Below, in pieces: positions 47,151 to 57,190 of a DNA stretch of 63,929 nt. The stretch is from Maritimibacter sp. (GTDB lineage Bacteria; Pseudomonadota; Alphaproteobacteria; Rhodobacterales; Rhodobacteraceae). The DNA lies in assembly GCA_037379985.1 (NCBI GenBank), contig JARRIY010000001.1, positions 1 to 63,929 on the forward strand, written 5' to 3'. The notes beneath the pieces are model-generated. The model saw only the letters and a list, made by a program, of their open reading frames with translations. It ran no database searches and was not told where the DNA came from. The translations under genes and the position numbers were made by a program. Numbering within the stretch: the first letter of the stretch is position 1; each line of letters starts with the position of its first letter.

Positions 47151-48548
47151 ATGAGTGACCAACAAAAATCCGCGAATGCCATGTGGGGCGGACGCTTTTC
47201 CGCCGGACCCGATGCGATCATGGAGGCGATCAATGCCTCGATCGGGTTCGACAAGCGCCTTGCAGAACAAGACATCCGTGGCTCGCGCGCCCATGCCGCG
47301 ATGCTGGCGGCGCAGGGCATCATCACTGATAGCGATGCCGAGGCGATCAGGGAAGGGCTACTCACGGTCTTGTCAGAAATCCAGAGCGGCGATTTCGCCT
47401 TTTCCACCGCGCTGGAAGACATCCATATGAATGTGGAAGCACGGCTGAAAGAGATCATTGGCGAGCCTGCCGGGCGGCTCCATACCGCGCGCAGCCGTAA
47501 CGATCAGGTGGCGGTGGATTTCCGCCTCTGGGTGCGTGACCAAGCCGATGCAGCGATGGAAGGGCTCGGGGCGTTGATCCGGGCGCTCTTGGATCAGGCC
47601 GAAGCCGGGGCCGATTGGGTGATGCCGGGCTTTACCCATCTGCAGGTGGCGCAGCCGGTGACCTGGGGCCACCATATGCTGGCCTATGTCGAGATGTTCA
47701 GCCGCGATCTGGGCAGGTTCCGCGATGCGCGTGCCCGGATGAATGAAAGCCCGCTGGGCGCGGCCGCGCTGGCTGGCACCGGCTTCAATATCGACCGGCA
47801 CATGACCGCGGAAGCGCTGGGCTTTGACCGGCCGATGGCTAACAGCCTCGATGCGGTGTCGGATCGCGATTTCGCGCTGGAATTCCTGTCCGCTTCGACC
47901 ATTTGCTCGGTGCATCTGAGCCGTATGGCTGAAGAGCTGGTGATCTGGTCCTCGGCGCAGTTCCGGTTTGTGACCCTCAGCGATCGGTTCTCGACCGGCT
48001 CGTCGATCATGCCGCAGAAGAAAAACCCCGATGCCGCCGAGCTGATCCGCGCCAAGATCGGGCGGATTCTCGGGGCCACTGTGGCACTGTTCACGGTGAT
48101 GAAGGGGCTGCCGCTGGCCTATTCGAAGGACATGCAGGAAGACAAGGAACAGGTGTTCGATGCCGCCGACAGCCTGATGCTGGCGCTGGCCGCGATGACC
48201 GGCATGGTCAGCGATATGAGCGCTAATGTCGCGAGCCTTGAAGCCGCCGCCGCCTCGGGCTTTTCCACCGCCACCGATCTGGCCGACTGGCTGGTGCGTG
48301 AGGCCGGGCTACCGTTCCGCGACGCCCACCATGTGACCGGCGCGCTGGTGGCGCTGGCCGAGAAGAAGGGCTGTGATCTGCCCGATCTGAGCCTTGCCGA
48401 GATGCAGGCGGTGAACCCGGCGATCACCGAGGGCGTGTTTGACGTGCTCACGGTGCAGGCTTCGGTGGCTTCGCGCCTGTCCTATGGTGGCACCGCTCCC
48501 GCCAATGTACGCACGCAGGTGGCCAACTGGCGCGCGAAGCTGGGCTGA
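47151..48548 (+). CDS. argH: Argininosuccinate lyase
   Basis: [24 protein letters not shown] and [12 protein letters not shown]. Confidence 0.98.
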   Translation: MSDQQKSANAMWGGRFSAGPDAIMEAINASIGFDKRLAEQDIRGSRAHAAMLAAQGIITDSDAEAIREGLLTVLSEIQSGDFAFSTALEDIHMNVEARLKEIIGEPAGRLHTARSRNDQVAVDFRLWVRDQADAAMEGLGALIRALLDQAEAGADWVMPGFTHLQVAQPVTWGHHMLAYVEMFSRDLGRFRDARARMNESPLGAAALAGTGFNIDRHMTAEALGFDRPMANSLDAVSDRDFALEFLSASTICSVHLSRMAEELVIWSSAQFRFVTLSDRFSTGSSIMPQKKNPDAAELIRAKIGRILGATVALFTVMKGLPLAYSKDMQEDKEQVFDAADSLMLALAAMTGMVSDMSANVASLEAAAASGFSTATDLADWLVREAGLPFRDAHHVTGALVALAEKKGCDLPDLSLAEMQAVNPAITEGVFDVLTVQASVASRLSYGGTAPANVRTQVANWRAKLG

Positions 48549-48877
48549 TGACAGCGCTGCGGCGCAGCTATCTGGCGCTTGCCATTCTTGGGGCAATCTG
48601 GCCGATGGCGCATCTGCTCAGCTATTTATTGGGCGAGGGCGGCAGTCTGCCTGGCATGGTCGGGCTCTGGATTGCCAATGATGCCACGCGCGGGCTGACA
48701 GCCGATTTGCTCGTTTCCGCGCTGGTGCTCATTCTCTGGGTGCTGGCCGAGTATCGCCTGCGCCGCGATCCGCTCGCGCTCATCGCCATTCCGGCAACGC
48801 TCACGGTCGGGGTTTCCTTCGGTCTGCCACTCTACCTCTTCCTGAGGTCACGCAGCGCAACCTCATTTCGACTATAA
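48548..48877 (+). CDS. DUF2834-like membrane protein (3' end probably altered by the lysA junction)
   Basis: Three TM helices; VGVSFGLPLYLFLR. Confidence 0.75.
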   Translation: MTALRRSYLALAILGAIWPMAHLLSYLLGEGGSLPGMVGLWIANDATRGLTADLLVSALVLILWVLAEYRLRRDPLALIAIPATLTVGVSFGLPLYLFLRSRSATSFRL

Positions 48878-50123
48878 TAACGGCATCCTTCACGCCGAGG
48901 ATGTGCCGCTGACCGAGATCGCGGCCAGCGTTGGCACGCCGTTCTATGTCTATTCTGCCGCCACGCTGACCCGGCACTTCCAGCTGTTCAACGAAGCGCT
49001 GGCGGGGATGGAGCACCTTGTTTGCTTCGCGGTGAAGGCCAATTCCAACCTCGCGGTGCTGAAACTGCTGGGCGATCTCGGGGCCGGGATGGATGTGGTT
49101 TCGGGCGGCGAATATCTGCGCGCCAAGGCGGCGGGCGTGCCGGGCGAGCGCATCGTGTTTTCCGGCATCGGCAAGACCCGTGAGGAAATGCGGCTGGTGC
49201 TGGAAGGCGGCATCCGGCAGATCAACCTCGAAAGCGAGCCGGAAATGCTGCAGCTTTCTGAGATTGCCAGCGCCATGGGCGTGACGGTGCCGGTGACGAT
49301 CCGGGTGAACCCGGATGTCGATGCCAAGACGCACGCGAAAATCGCCACCGGCAAGAGCGAGAACAAATTCGGCATTCCCATCGCCAAGGCCCCGGCGGCC
49401 TATGCCGAAGCGGCCAGCCTGCCCGGGCTGAAAGTGGTGGGGGTCGACGTGCATATTGGCTCGCAACTCATCGATCTTGAGCCGTTCCGGATGGCGTTCG
49501 AGAAGGTGGCAGAGCTGACCCGGCAACTTCGTGCCGAAGGGCATGACATCTCAAGGCTCGACCTCGGCGGGGGCCTGGGCATTCCCTATGAGCGCACCAA
49601 TACCGCGCCGCCGCTGCCGATTGAATATGGCGCGGTGATCCGCGAGACGCTGGGCGATCTGGGCTGCGAGATCGAGATCGAACCGGGACGCAACATCGCC
49701 GGCAATGCCGGGGTGATGGTCAGCCGGGTGATCTATGTGAAAGAGGGCGAGGGGCGCAATTTTGTCATTCTTGACAGTGCGATGAACGATCTGGTGCGCC
49801 CGGCCATGTATGAGGCGCATCACGATATCGTGCCTGTTACACTCCCTGCGGCGGGGGTGGAGCAGGCCCCCTATGACATCGTTGGACCGGTCTGCGAAAG
49901 CGGCGATACCTTTGCCAAAGGGCGCAATCTACCGCCCGTTGGCCCGGACGATCTGATCGCCTTCCGCTCGGCGGGGGCTTATGGCGCGGTGATGTCGTCG
50001 GAATACAATTCGCGGCCGCTGATCCCCGAGGTTCTGGTGCAGGACGATCAGTTTGCGGTGATCCGTGCGCGCCCGAGCTATGAAGAGATGCTGGCGCGCG
50101 ATACAATCCCCACATGGCTCTGA
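48864..50123 (+). CDS. lysA: Diaminopimelate decarboxylase (native start codon missing in this sequence)
   Basis: HFDYNNGILHAEDV from 48864, GTPFYVYS, FAVKAN, HIGSQ, EPGR and GPVCESGD; first in-frame start is GTG 48903. Confidence 0.93.
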   Translation, partial: HFDYNNGILHAEDVPLTEIAASVGTPFYVYSAATLTRHFQLFNEALAGMEHLVCFAVKANSNLAVLKLLGDLGAGMDVVSGGEYLRAKAAGVPGERIVFSGIGKTREEMRLVLEGGIRQINLESEPEMLQLSEIASAMGVTVPVTIRVNPDVDAKTHAKIATGKSENKFGIPIAKAPAAYAEAASLPGLKVVGVDVHIGSQLIDLEPFRMAFEKVAELTRQLRAEGHDISRLDLGGGLGIPYERTNTAPPLPIEYGAVIRETLGDLGCEIEIEPGRNIAGNAGVMVSRVIYVKEGEGRNFVILDSAMNDLVRPAMYEAHHDIVPVTLPAAGVEQAPYDIVGPVCESGDTFAKGRNLPPVGPDDLIAFRSAGAYGAVMSSEYNSRPLIPEVLVQDDQFAVIRARPSYEEMLARDTIPTWL

Positions 50124-50149
50124 TTTGGGTGGGGCCGTGAAAGGCCCGG

Positions 50150-52621
50150 ATGAAACGCGACCGGCAAAGCGATGATCTGATACGCATTCTCGCCCGGCCC
50201 CTGTGGCTGGCGCGCGGGGTGATATTGGCAGAGCGTGCCGCGCGGGCATTCTGGCCATCTGCCACTGTGCTGATGACGGGCGCGGCGCTTTGGCAATTCT
50301 CTGTTCTCAGCTTCGCCCCGCTCTGGTTGGGCCAGGTTCTGGTCGGGCTGATCCTGCTCGTCGGGCTCATCACGCTTTTCTATGGCATGCGCCGGTTCCA
50401 CCTGCCGCGCCGGAGCGATGCGCTGGCCCGGCTTGATGCAGGTCTGCCCGATAGCCCGATTGCAACGCTGACCGATGTACAGGCAATCGGGGTGGATGAT
50501 CCCGCCAGCCGCGCGATCTGGCAGGCGCATCTGGCTCGGATGGAGGCCGCGCTTGCCGCCCTGCGCCCTCCGCGCCCATATATCCGGCTGGCTGGCCGCG
50601 ACCCCTATGCGCTGCGCCTGATCGCGGCCACGGCGCTGGGCGCGGCGCTGATTTTTGGCGCGGGCAGTGATAGCCGGGATCTGGCGGCCCTGGCGCCGGG
50701 TGCGAATGCTGCGCTGGCCGAGGCGAGTTGGGAAGGCTGGATCACTCCGCCCTCCCATACCGGCAAACCCACGCTCTATCTTGCCGATCAGCCGACCGGG
50801 CCGCTTTCCGTGCCTGAGGGCAGCCGCGTGACCCTACGGCTCTATGGTAAGCTCGGTGCGATCAGGGTTGAGGAAGATTTTTCCGATACCCAACCAGACG
50901 CAGATAGTCCCTCGCGCAGCTTTACCATTCTTGGCGATGGCAGGCTCAGCATCGGGCGTGACAGCTGGCAGATATCCACGATCCCCGACATGGCGCCGCG
51001 CGTGCAGCCAGCGGGCGAGCTGACACGAACACTGGCGGGCGAAATGCGCCTGCCGTTTCACGCGCGCGATGATTACGGCATTGCCTCAGGTCAGGCCCGG
51101 ATCAGCCTCGACCTGCCGCGCGTCAGCCGCCGTTACGGACTCGCTACCGAACCAGAACCGCGCGAGGATATGATCGTCGATCTGCCTTTGCCCTATCGCG
51201 GTGATCGCAGCGATATTGATGATCAACTGGTTGAAAACCTTGCCACCCATCCCTGGGCCGGGCTGCCGGTACTGATCACCCTGTCGGTCACAGATGGGGC
51301 CGGGCAGGCGGGGCAATCGGCGCCTTCGGAAATCATTTTGCCGGGGCGGCGTTTTCTGAACAAGCTCGCGGCGGCGATCATCGAACAGCGCCGCGACATT
51401 TTGTGGAGCCGCGATAACGCTCCGCGTGTGGCCCGTATCTTGCGGGCGCTGGCCTATCGGCCTGAGGGCTATTTCACCCGCGACGCGCATTACCTTGCTC
51501 TGAAAGCCGTGGCGCGTGATCTGGCGGCGGACGGTCTGACGGCAGAGGTGCGCGATGCAGCGGCTGAGGCTTTGTGGACTGTCGCCGTCGAGATCGAAGA
51601 TGGCGCGCTTCTGGATGCCCTGGAAAACCTGCGCCGGGCGCGCGAGCGGCTTGCAGAAGCGATGCGTCAGGGTGCATCGCCGGAAGAGTTGAGCCAGCTG
51701 ATGGAAGAATACCGGCAGGCAATGCGCGATTACACCGATCAGCTTCAGGCCCGCGATCCCAATGCCGATGCGGATCAGCCTGATAGTGGTGGGCAATCCA
51801 TGACGATGAGCCAGCAGGATTTGCAGGCGATGATGGATCGGATCGAAGAGCTGATGCGCGAAGGCCGCATGGCCGAGGCGCAAGAGCTTCTGGATCAGCT
51901 CCAGCAAATGATGGAAAACGCCCAAGTCGCCCAGAGCGGGCAGGGGCAGGGCGGCGCGGGTCAGCAGGCGATGAACGGATTGGCCGAGACCCTGCGCGAT
52001 CAGCAGGAACTGTCAGACCAGACCTTCGGTCAGCAGCAAGGGCAGTCGGGGCAACAGGGACAACAGGGCCAGCCCGGAGCGGGCGACGAAGGCGAGCCGC
52101 AATCAGGCGGCGGCGCGGGGCAGGATCTGGCGCAGCGTCAGCGTGGATTGGCACAGGATCTGGAAACCCAGCGCCGGCAGCTACCGGGGGCGGGCAGTGC
52201 GGCGGGCGATGCCGCACGTGAAGCGCTGGATCAAGCCGGGCGGGCGATGGATGACGCCGCCGAGGCGCTGGAGCGGGGCGATATTTCCGGCGCGCTCGAC
52301 AATCAGGCGCAGGCGATGGAAGACCTGCGCGACGGTATGCGAAATCTGCGCGACGCCACCCGGCAGGCTGGTGGGCAGGGCGACGCGGGCGATCAGGGGC
52401 AGATGACGGGCCGCGCTGGCGGGGCTGGCGGCAGTGATCCGCTGGGCCGCGCGCCGAGTGGCAGTGATGGTGGGCGGGGCAGCAACGGGCCGCTGAATGA
52501 CAGCGAAGACGTTTATCGCCGCGCGCAGGAGCTAACCGATGAGCTGCGCCGTCGCTCCGGCGAGCAAGAGCGGCCAGAGCAGGAACGCGACTATCTCAAG
52601 CGGTTGCTGGATCTGTTCTGA
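50150..52621 (+). CDS. TIGR02302/DUF4175 family membrane-anchored coiled-coil protein
   Basis: N-terminal TMs, RDPYALR, WITPP.HTGKP, HPWAG, Q/G-rich tail, DPLGR and ERDYLKRLL; follows lysA. Confidence 0.88.
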   Translation: MKRDRQSDDLIRILARPLWLARGVILAERAARAFWPSATVLMTGAALWQFSVLSFAPLWLGQVLVGLILLVGLITLFYGMRRFHLPRRSDALARLDAGLPDSPIATLTDVQAIGVDDPASRAIWQAHLARMEAALAALRPPRPYIRLAGRDPYALRLIAATALGAALIFGAGSDSRDLAALAPGANAALAEASWEGWITPPSHTGKPTLYLADQPTGPLSVPEGSRVTLRLYGKLGAIRVEEDFSDTQPDADSPSRSFTILGDGRLSIGRDSWQISTIPDMAPRVQPAGELTRTLAGEMRLPFHARDDYGIASGQARISLDLPRVSRRYGLATEPEPREDMIVDLPLPYRGDRSDIDDQLVENLATHPWAGLPVLITLSVTDGAGQAGQSAPSEIILPGRRFLNKLAAAIIEQRRDILWSRDNAPRVARILRALAYRPEGYFTRDAHYLALKAVARDLAADGLTAEVRDAAAEALWTVAVEIEDGALLDALENLRRARERLAEAMRQGASPEELSQLMEEYRQAMRDYTDQLQARDPNADADQPDSGGQSMTMSQQDLQAMMDRIEELMREGRMAEAQELLDQLQQMMENAQVAQSGQGQGGAGQQAMNGLAETLRDQQELSDQTFGQQQGQSGQQGQQGQPGAGDEGEPQSGGGAGQDLAQRQRGLAQDLETQRRQLPGAGSAAGDAAREALDQAGRAMDDAAEALERGDISGALDNQAQAMEDLRDGMRNLRDATRQAGGQGDAGDQGQMTGRAGGAGGSDPLGRAPSGSDGGRGSNGPLNDSEDVYRRAQELTDELRRRSGEQERPEQERDYLKRLLDLF

Positions 52622-52705
52622 GCAGGGGCGGGGGCACAGCCCACACGCCAGCGTCAGTTCGGCAAGCGATGCCCAACCCTGCTTTCAGGATCAGGCTCGC
52701 AGAAT

Positions 52706-53878
52706 TTATCCGGTCGTCTCTTTGATCTTCACGATCAGGCTACGCAGCTGAGTATCAAGCATGGCGCGCAGCGAATTCATCATATCCACATAGACCACCA
52801 GCGCCGGTTTCAGCGCCGGGACCTTTTCGGCGAGCTGCGGGGCGATCAGATAAAGCGTCAGCAGCAGAGCGGCCAAAAAGATCACCAGGAAAAAGCCCCG
52901 GCTAAACCCGCGTTTGCTGACCTCTTCGTCCTCCTCGGCACCACCGGCGTCAGACGTCTCGTGACTGTCGAGGGTTGAATTGATCTCTTCGATATCGGGA
53001 AACAGATCGCGGCCCTGTGCGCGCGGCTCCGGAGCCTCGTTGGCCATGTCAAAATCGGCTTCTGGCGGCTCGTCGTCGAGCCCGCGCATTTTGGCCATGC
53101 GGGCGCGCGCCTCACGTCGACGGGCTTCGTCAGAGCTGTCGCCTGCATCGCTATCGCCCGCATCCAGCCCAAGATCAGACTGCATTTCCATCGGTTCGGG
53201 GCTGCGTCCGCGTTCGCTCTCGCGCGCTTCCATTTCGCGCTGAGCTTCTTCGCGCAAGACGCTGCGAATGCCTTCATCAATGCTGCGCGGAGGACGAGCA
53301 GGCACGATGGGCGTGGAGGTCTCTTCATCCTCATCCTCATCAGACTCGTTTTGAAGCTCCTCGTCGCCCTCGTCCTGGCTTACCTCGTCCGGTGCATCAC
53401 CTTCCGGTTCTGCGTCGTCTTGAGTGACAATCTCAGCGGTTTCGTCTTCTGGGGTTTCGTCCGGTGCAGCTTCGTCTTCCTCAGCGGGCTGATCGACAGG
53501 TTCGTCCTCAAGCTCCGGCTCAGGCTGCTCGTCAAACCTCTCCTCGCCGTCATATTCCGGCGCATCGACGATGGGTTCATCCAGATCCGACGCTGTGTCT
53601 TCCTCAGCTTCGTCGCCAAGGTCAGGAGCAAATTCGGCTTCCGGTTTACTTTCAGCCGCAGCCGCTGTCTCGGGTTCTGGCTCAGCTTCTGGGGCGGGTT
53701 CCGCTTCCGGTTCCGCCACGCCCGCATCCAGCTCTTCCTCGCTAGACACAACCAGATCCTTGCGCATCTGATACCAGCCATGACCACAGGCCGAGCACTG
53801 CACATCGCGCCCGTTCTCCGGGATCACCCGGTCGTCTACTTCGTATTGCGCCCCGCAATTCGGACAAATCAGACGCAT
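52706..53878 (-). CDS. Zinc-ribbon (MJ0042-type finger) protein with acidic linker and C-terminal TM
   Basis: MRLICPNCGAQY...VQCSACGHGW; Glu/Asp-rich middle; LFPDIEEINSTL; divergent from ftsE. Confidence 0.88.
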   Translation of the reverse strand: MRLICPNCGAQYEVDDRVIPENGRDVQCSACGHGWYQMRKDLVVSSEEELDAGVAEPEAEPAPEAEPEPETAAAAESKPEAEFAPDLGDEAEEDTASDLDEPIVDAPEYDGEERFDEQPEPELEDEPVDQPAEEDEAAPDETPEDETAEIVTQDDAEPEGDAPDEVSQDEGDEELQNESDEDEDEETSTPIVPARPPRSIDEGIRSVLREEAQREMEARESERGRSPEPMEMQSDLGLDAGDSDAGDSSDEARRREARARMAKMRGLDDEPPEADFDMANEAPEPRAQGRDLFPDIEEINSTLDSHETSDAGGAEEDEEVSKRGFSRGFFLVIFLAALLLTLYLIAPQLAEKVPALKPALVVYVDMMNSLRAMLDTQLRSLIVKIKETTG

Positions 53879-53970
53879 TGTCCTCTGCTCCATACTCTTC
53901 TGACTGGCAGGTCAGATCGGTCGCCCCCGCGTTCGCTACTATGAGCAGGGAGTGACAGAAAATCAAACCC

Positions 53971-53990
53971 TTGCAATCGATTGATTGCAA
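53971..53990. promoter_or_regulatory. Palindromic candidate operator in the zinc-ribbon/ftsE divergent promoter
   Basis: TTGCAATC-GATT-GATTGCAA, perfect 8-bp arms. Confidence 0.4.
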
Positions 53991-54040
53991 CAATTCAGTC
54001 TGTAAGGCAAAATTGTCGCCGAAGATACAGGGGATGTGGC

Positions 54041-54712
54041 GTGATCGAATTCGATAAAGTCTCTTATGGCTATGGTGGTACGCCACTCCTTTCCGAGATT
54101 TCACTGAAGTTATCGCCCGGATCGTTCTATTTTTTGACCGGTCCGTCGGGTGCAGGCAAAACGACCCTGCTGAAGCTTTGCTATGGCGAGCTGATCGCCA
54201 GTCAGGGCCGGGTGACGCTGTTTGGGCAGGATGCAAGGCAGATGGGGCGCGACGATATGGCACTGATGCGTCGCCGGGTCGGCGTCGTGCATCAGGACCA
54301 GCGGTTCCTTGACCATTTGAATGTAAACGAAAATATCGCCCTGCCGCTGACCGTTTCTGGTCGCAACGTGGCACCGGGCGAGCTGGACGAGCTGGTCTCG
54401 TGGGTCGGGCTGGAGGGGCAGAAGCAGGCCCTGCCGCCGCAGCTTTCCGGTGGCGAGAGGCAGCGCGCGGCGCTGGCACGGGCGATCATCATGAGCCCCG
54501 AAGTGATCCTGGCTGATGAGCCCACCGGCAATGTCGATTGGGAAATGTCGCTGAGGATCCTGCAACTGATGATCGAGCTCAACCGCCTCGGCAAAGCGGT
54601 GATGATCGCGACCCACGATCTGAACCTGATCCGCGCCGCCAAGGCGCAGGTGCAGGCGCGGGTATTGCGCATTTCCAATAACCGGGTGCAGTTGGCGGGG
54701 GCGAATCTGTGA
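54041..54712 (+). CDS. ftsE: Cell division ATP-binding protein FtsE
   Basis: GPSGAGKT, LSGGERQR, LADEPTGN and ATHD; GTG start 54041. Confidence 0.93.
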   Translation: MIEFDKVSYGYGGTPLLSEISLKLSPGSFYFLTGPSGAGKTTLLKLCYGELIASQGRVTLFGQDARQMGRDDMALMRRRVGVVHQDQRFLDHLNVNENIALPLTVSGRNVAPGELDELVSWVGLEGQKQALPPQLSGGERQRAALARAIIMSPEVILADEPTGNVDWEMSLRILQLMIELNRLGKAVMIATHDLNLIRAAKAQVQARVLRISNNRVQLAGANL

Positions 54713-55620
54713 GCAATACCAAGGCTTCTGCCGCTTTTCTGGATTTTCTGATCGGTGATAAACAAGCTGATCGCGTGGTGCCGCCTACCGGCATTACCGC
54801 CCGGCTGACCACCTTTGCCGCCGCCGCGATGGGCTTTTTGGCGGTGTTCGTGCTGGCTTTCTCATTGGCCTCGGGGCGGCTGGCCGATAGCTGGGGCGAC
54901 GCGCTGGCGCAAAGCTCGACCATCCGCATTTCCGCCCCGGACGGGCAGATGCAGGCGCAGGTGCAGGTGGTAATGGATCTGCTCGCCACCACCCCCGGCG
55001 TGGCCGAGGCGCGAGTGATGAGCGATGACGAACAGCGCGCCCTGCTTGCGCCCTGGCTTGGCCCCGAATTGCCGATTGATGCGCTGCCGGTGCCGCGGTT
55101 GATTGCGATCAGCGAAACTGCCAATGGCTTTGATGCTGCCGGGTTGCGCGCACGGCTGGCGGGCGAGGCGCCCGGTGCTGTGCTCGACGATCACAATCGC
55201 TGGCGCGAACCGTTGGTGAATGCGGCGGGGGCGCTGCGTCTGCTTGGCCTTGTCGCCATCCTGCTGATCGCCGCCACCACGGCGGTGATGATCACACTCG
55301 CGGCTTCGGCCGCGCTGGCAGCGAATGCGCAGGTGATCCGGGTGCTGCATCTGGTCGGCGCGCGCGACAGCTATATCGCCCGCGCCTTTGTACGCCGCTA
55401 CACGATCCGGGCGCTTAGCGGAGCGGCGGTCGGAACCGGGCTGGGCATGCTGGTGATCGCGCTCTTGCCCACCGCTGACCAAGCGGGTGGGGTGCTGACC
55501 AGCCTTGGCTTTGCTGGTATCGAATGGCTGCTACCGATCACTATTCCGCCGCTTGCCGCGCTTGTCGCCTTTGCAGCCACTCGGCGTGCGGCGCTTTCCA
55601 CATTGAGGGAACGTACCTGA
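54709..55620 (+). CDS. ftsX: Cell division permease FtsX
   Basis: Four TM helices, LPVPRLI, LDDH and LVGARDSYIA; overlaps ftsE. Confidence 0.9.
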   Translation: MSNTKASAAFLDFLIGDKQADRVVPPTGITARLTTFAAAAMGFLAVFVLAFSLASGRLADSWGDALAQSSTIRISAPDGQMQAQVQVVMDLLATTPGVAEARVMSDDEQRALLAPWLGPELPIDALPVPRLIAISETANGFDAAGLRARLAGEAPGAVLDDHNRWREPLVNAAGALRLLGLVAILLIAATTAVMITLAASAALAANAQVIRVLHLVGARDSYIARAFVRRYTIRALSGAAVGTGLGMLVIALLPTADQAGGVLTSLGFAGIEWLLPITIPPLAALVAFAATRRAALSTLRERT

Positions 55621-56369
55621 TGAAAACCGCATTCCAATGGCTTCGGTCTCTGCTCTTCATCATCGTGATGTATCTGGGCATGGCGGTGATGGCGCTGTTC
55701 TTCTTTCCGCTCTCGCTGATCAACCGCAAATGGGCCTTTACCGCCGTGCACAGCTATACCGGCTTTGTGCGCTGGGCGGCGCGGGTGATCGTCGGGTTGA
55801 AATCCGAAATTCGCGGCCCGGTGCCCGAGGGCGAGGTGATCATCGCCTCAAAGCATCAGAGCTTTTTCGACATCATCCTGATCGTCCATGCAGTGCCCCG
55901 GCCGAAATTCATCATGAAGAAAGAGATCCTCTGGACCCCGATCGTAGGTTATTATGCCAAGGCCATCGGCTGCATCGCGGTGGATCGCGGCAAGCGCGGC
56001 GTGGCGGTGAAAAAGATGGTGGAAGATGTGAACGAGGGCCGCAGTCTGCCCGGGCAGCTGATCATTTTCCCGCAAGGCACCCGCGTGGCCGCCGGGGCTC
56101 AGAAACCCTACAAGATCGGCACTGGCGTGCTTTACAAGGAAACCGGGCAAAGCGTGGTGCCCACCGCCACCAATGTTGGCGTGTTCTGGAAGCGCCACGG
56201 CATCATGCGCTGGCCCGGTACGGCGGTGGTGGAGTTTCTGCCCACCCTAGAGCAGGGGCTGGAAACCGCAGATTTCATGGCGCAGCTGGAAGAGACGGTT
56301 GAAGCCGGTTCGAACCGGCTGATGGCGGAGGCCGGGTTTACCGATCTGCCGGACCGGTCGGAGCCATGA
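55620..56369 (+). CDS. plsC: 1-acyl-sn-glycerol-3-phosphate acyltransferase
   Basis: KHQSFFD (HX4D) and IFPQGTR; TGATG coupling with ftsX. Confidence 0.88.
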   Translation: MKTAFQWLRSLLFIIVMYLGMAVMALFFFPLSLINRKWAFTAVHSYTGFVRWAARVIVGLKSEIRGPVPEGEVIIASKHQSFFDIILIVHAVPRPKFIMKKEILWTPIVGYYAKAIGCIAVDRGKRGVAVKKMVEDVNEGRSLPGQLIIFPQGTRVAAGAQKPYKIGTGVLYKETGQSVVPTATNVGVFWKRHGIMRWPGTAVVEFLPTLEQGLETADFMAQLEETVEAGSNRLMAEAGFTDLPDRSEP

Positions 56370-56521
56370 AGGCTCGCCATGTCATTGCACTACTCGCGGC
56401 CCCGTTGCTTGTCGCATTCTATGTGCAGTTTATCACCTGGGCGGTGGGGATGGGGTGTAGCTTTGCGAATGCTCAGACCTGTCATGTTGCCCGGAAAGGC
56501 AAGACATATGACCAAGATTGA
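56366..56521 (+). CDS. Putative 51-aa single-TM small protein (not in ORF track)
   Basis: MKARHVIALLAAPLLVAFYVQFITWAVGMGCSFANAQTCHVARKGKTYDQD; ATGA overlap with the plsC stop; overlaps the next start. Confidence 0.55.
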   Translation: MKARHVIALLAAPLLVAFYVQFITWAVGMGCSFANAQTCHVARKGKTYDQD

Positions 56522-57113
56522 AACTATCGACGCGCTGGAAGCGCTTTACGGCACACCCGGCGAGGCGCCTTTGGTGAAGGTCACGCCGCGGCTGATCCCG
56601 AGTTATCGGGCCTGGATCGAACGCAGCCGGTTTTGCGTGATCTCGACCGTGGGGCCGGAGGGCAGCGATGGCAGCCCTAGGGGCGATGCCGATCCGGTGG
56701 TGCGCGTTGCGGATGACAGCACTCTGCTGCTGCCCGACTGGCGCGGCAATAACCGCATCGACAGCCTGCGCAATATCGTGCGCGACGGGCGGATCAGCCT
56801 GATGTTCATGGTGGCGGGGTCGGATGTCGTGGTGCGAGTGAATGGCACGGCGGTGGTGTCGGTCGATCCGGAGCTGGTGACCAGTTTCGAGCAACGGGGC
56901 AAGCATCCGCGCTCGGTGATCGTGACCAGTATCGCAGAGGTCTACGTGCAATGCTCCCGCGCGCTGATGCGAGCGGGGTTGTGGAAAGAGGGCGATCAGT
57001 CCGAGGGCTTACCCAGCATGGGCGACATGCTGCGTGAGGCGACATCGGGCGGGTTCGATGGTGCGGGCTTTGACCGGGACTGGGCGGACCGGGCAGAAAA
57101 AACCCTGTACTGA
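56508..57113 (+). CDS. Pyridoxamine 5'-phosphate oxidase-like FMN-binding protein
   Basis: DGSPRGD, PDWRGNNRIDSLRN and YVQCSRALMR; ATG 56508. Confidence 0.88.
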   Translation: MTKIETIDALEALYGTPGEAPLVKVTPRLIPSYRAWIERSRFCVISTVGPEGSDGSPRGDADPVVRVADDSTLLLPDWRGNNRIDSLRNIVRDGRISLMFMVAGSDVVVRVNGTAVVSVDPELVTSFEQRGKHPRSVIVTSIAEVYVQCSRALMRAGLWKEGDQSEGLPSMGDMLREATSGGFDGAGFDRDWADRAEKTLY

Positions 57114-57190
57114 GCCGAGGCGGCATTCTGCCCGTGGACGCGCACGCTTTGCCGATATAGCGTCGTTGCGAATGTGAGAAGGAGCCCGTC

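Noticed and set aside
51900-52500. Gln/Gly-rich quasi-repeats in the TIGR02302 gene and acidic repeats in the zinc-ribbon gene
   Set aside because: Ordinary low-complexity protein linkers; no regular DNA repeat-spacer structure
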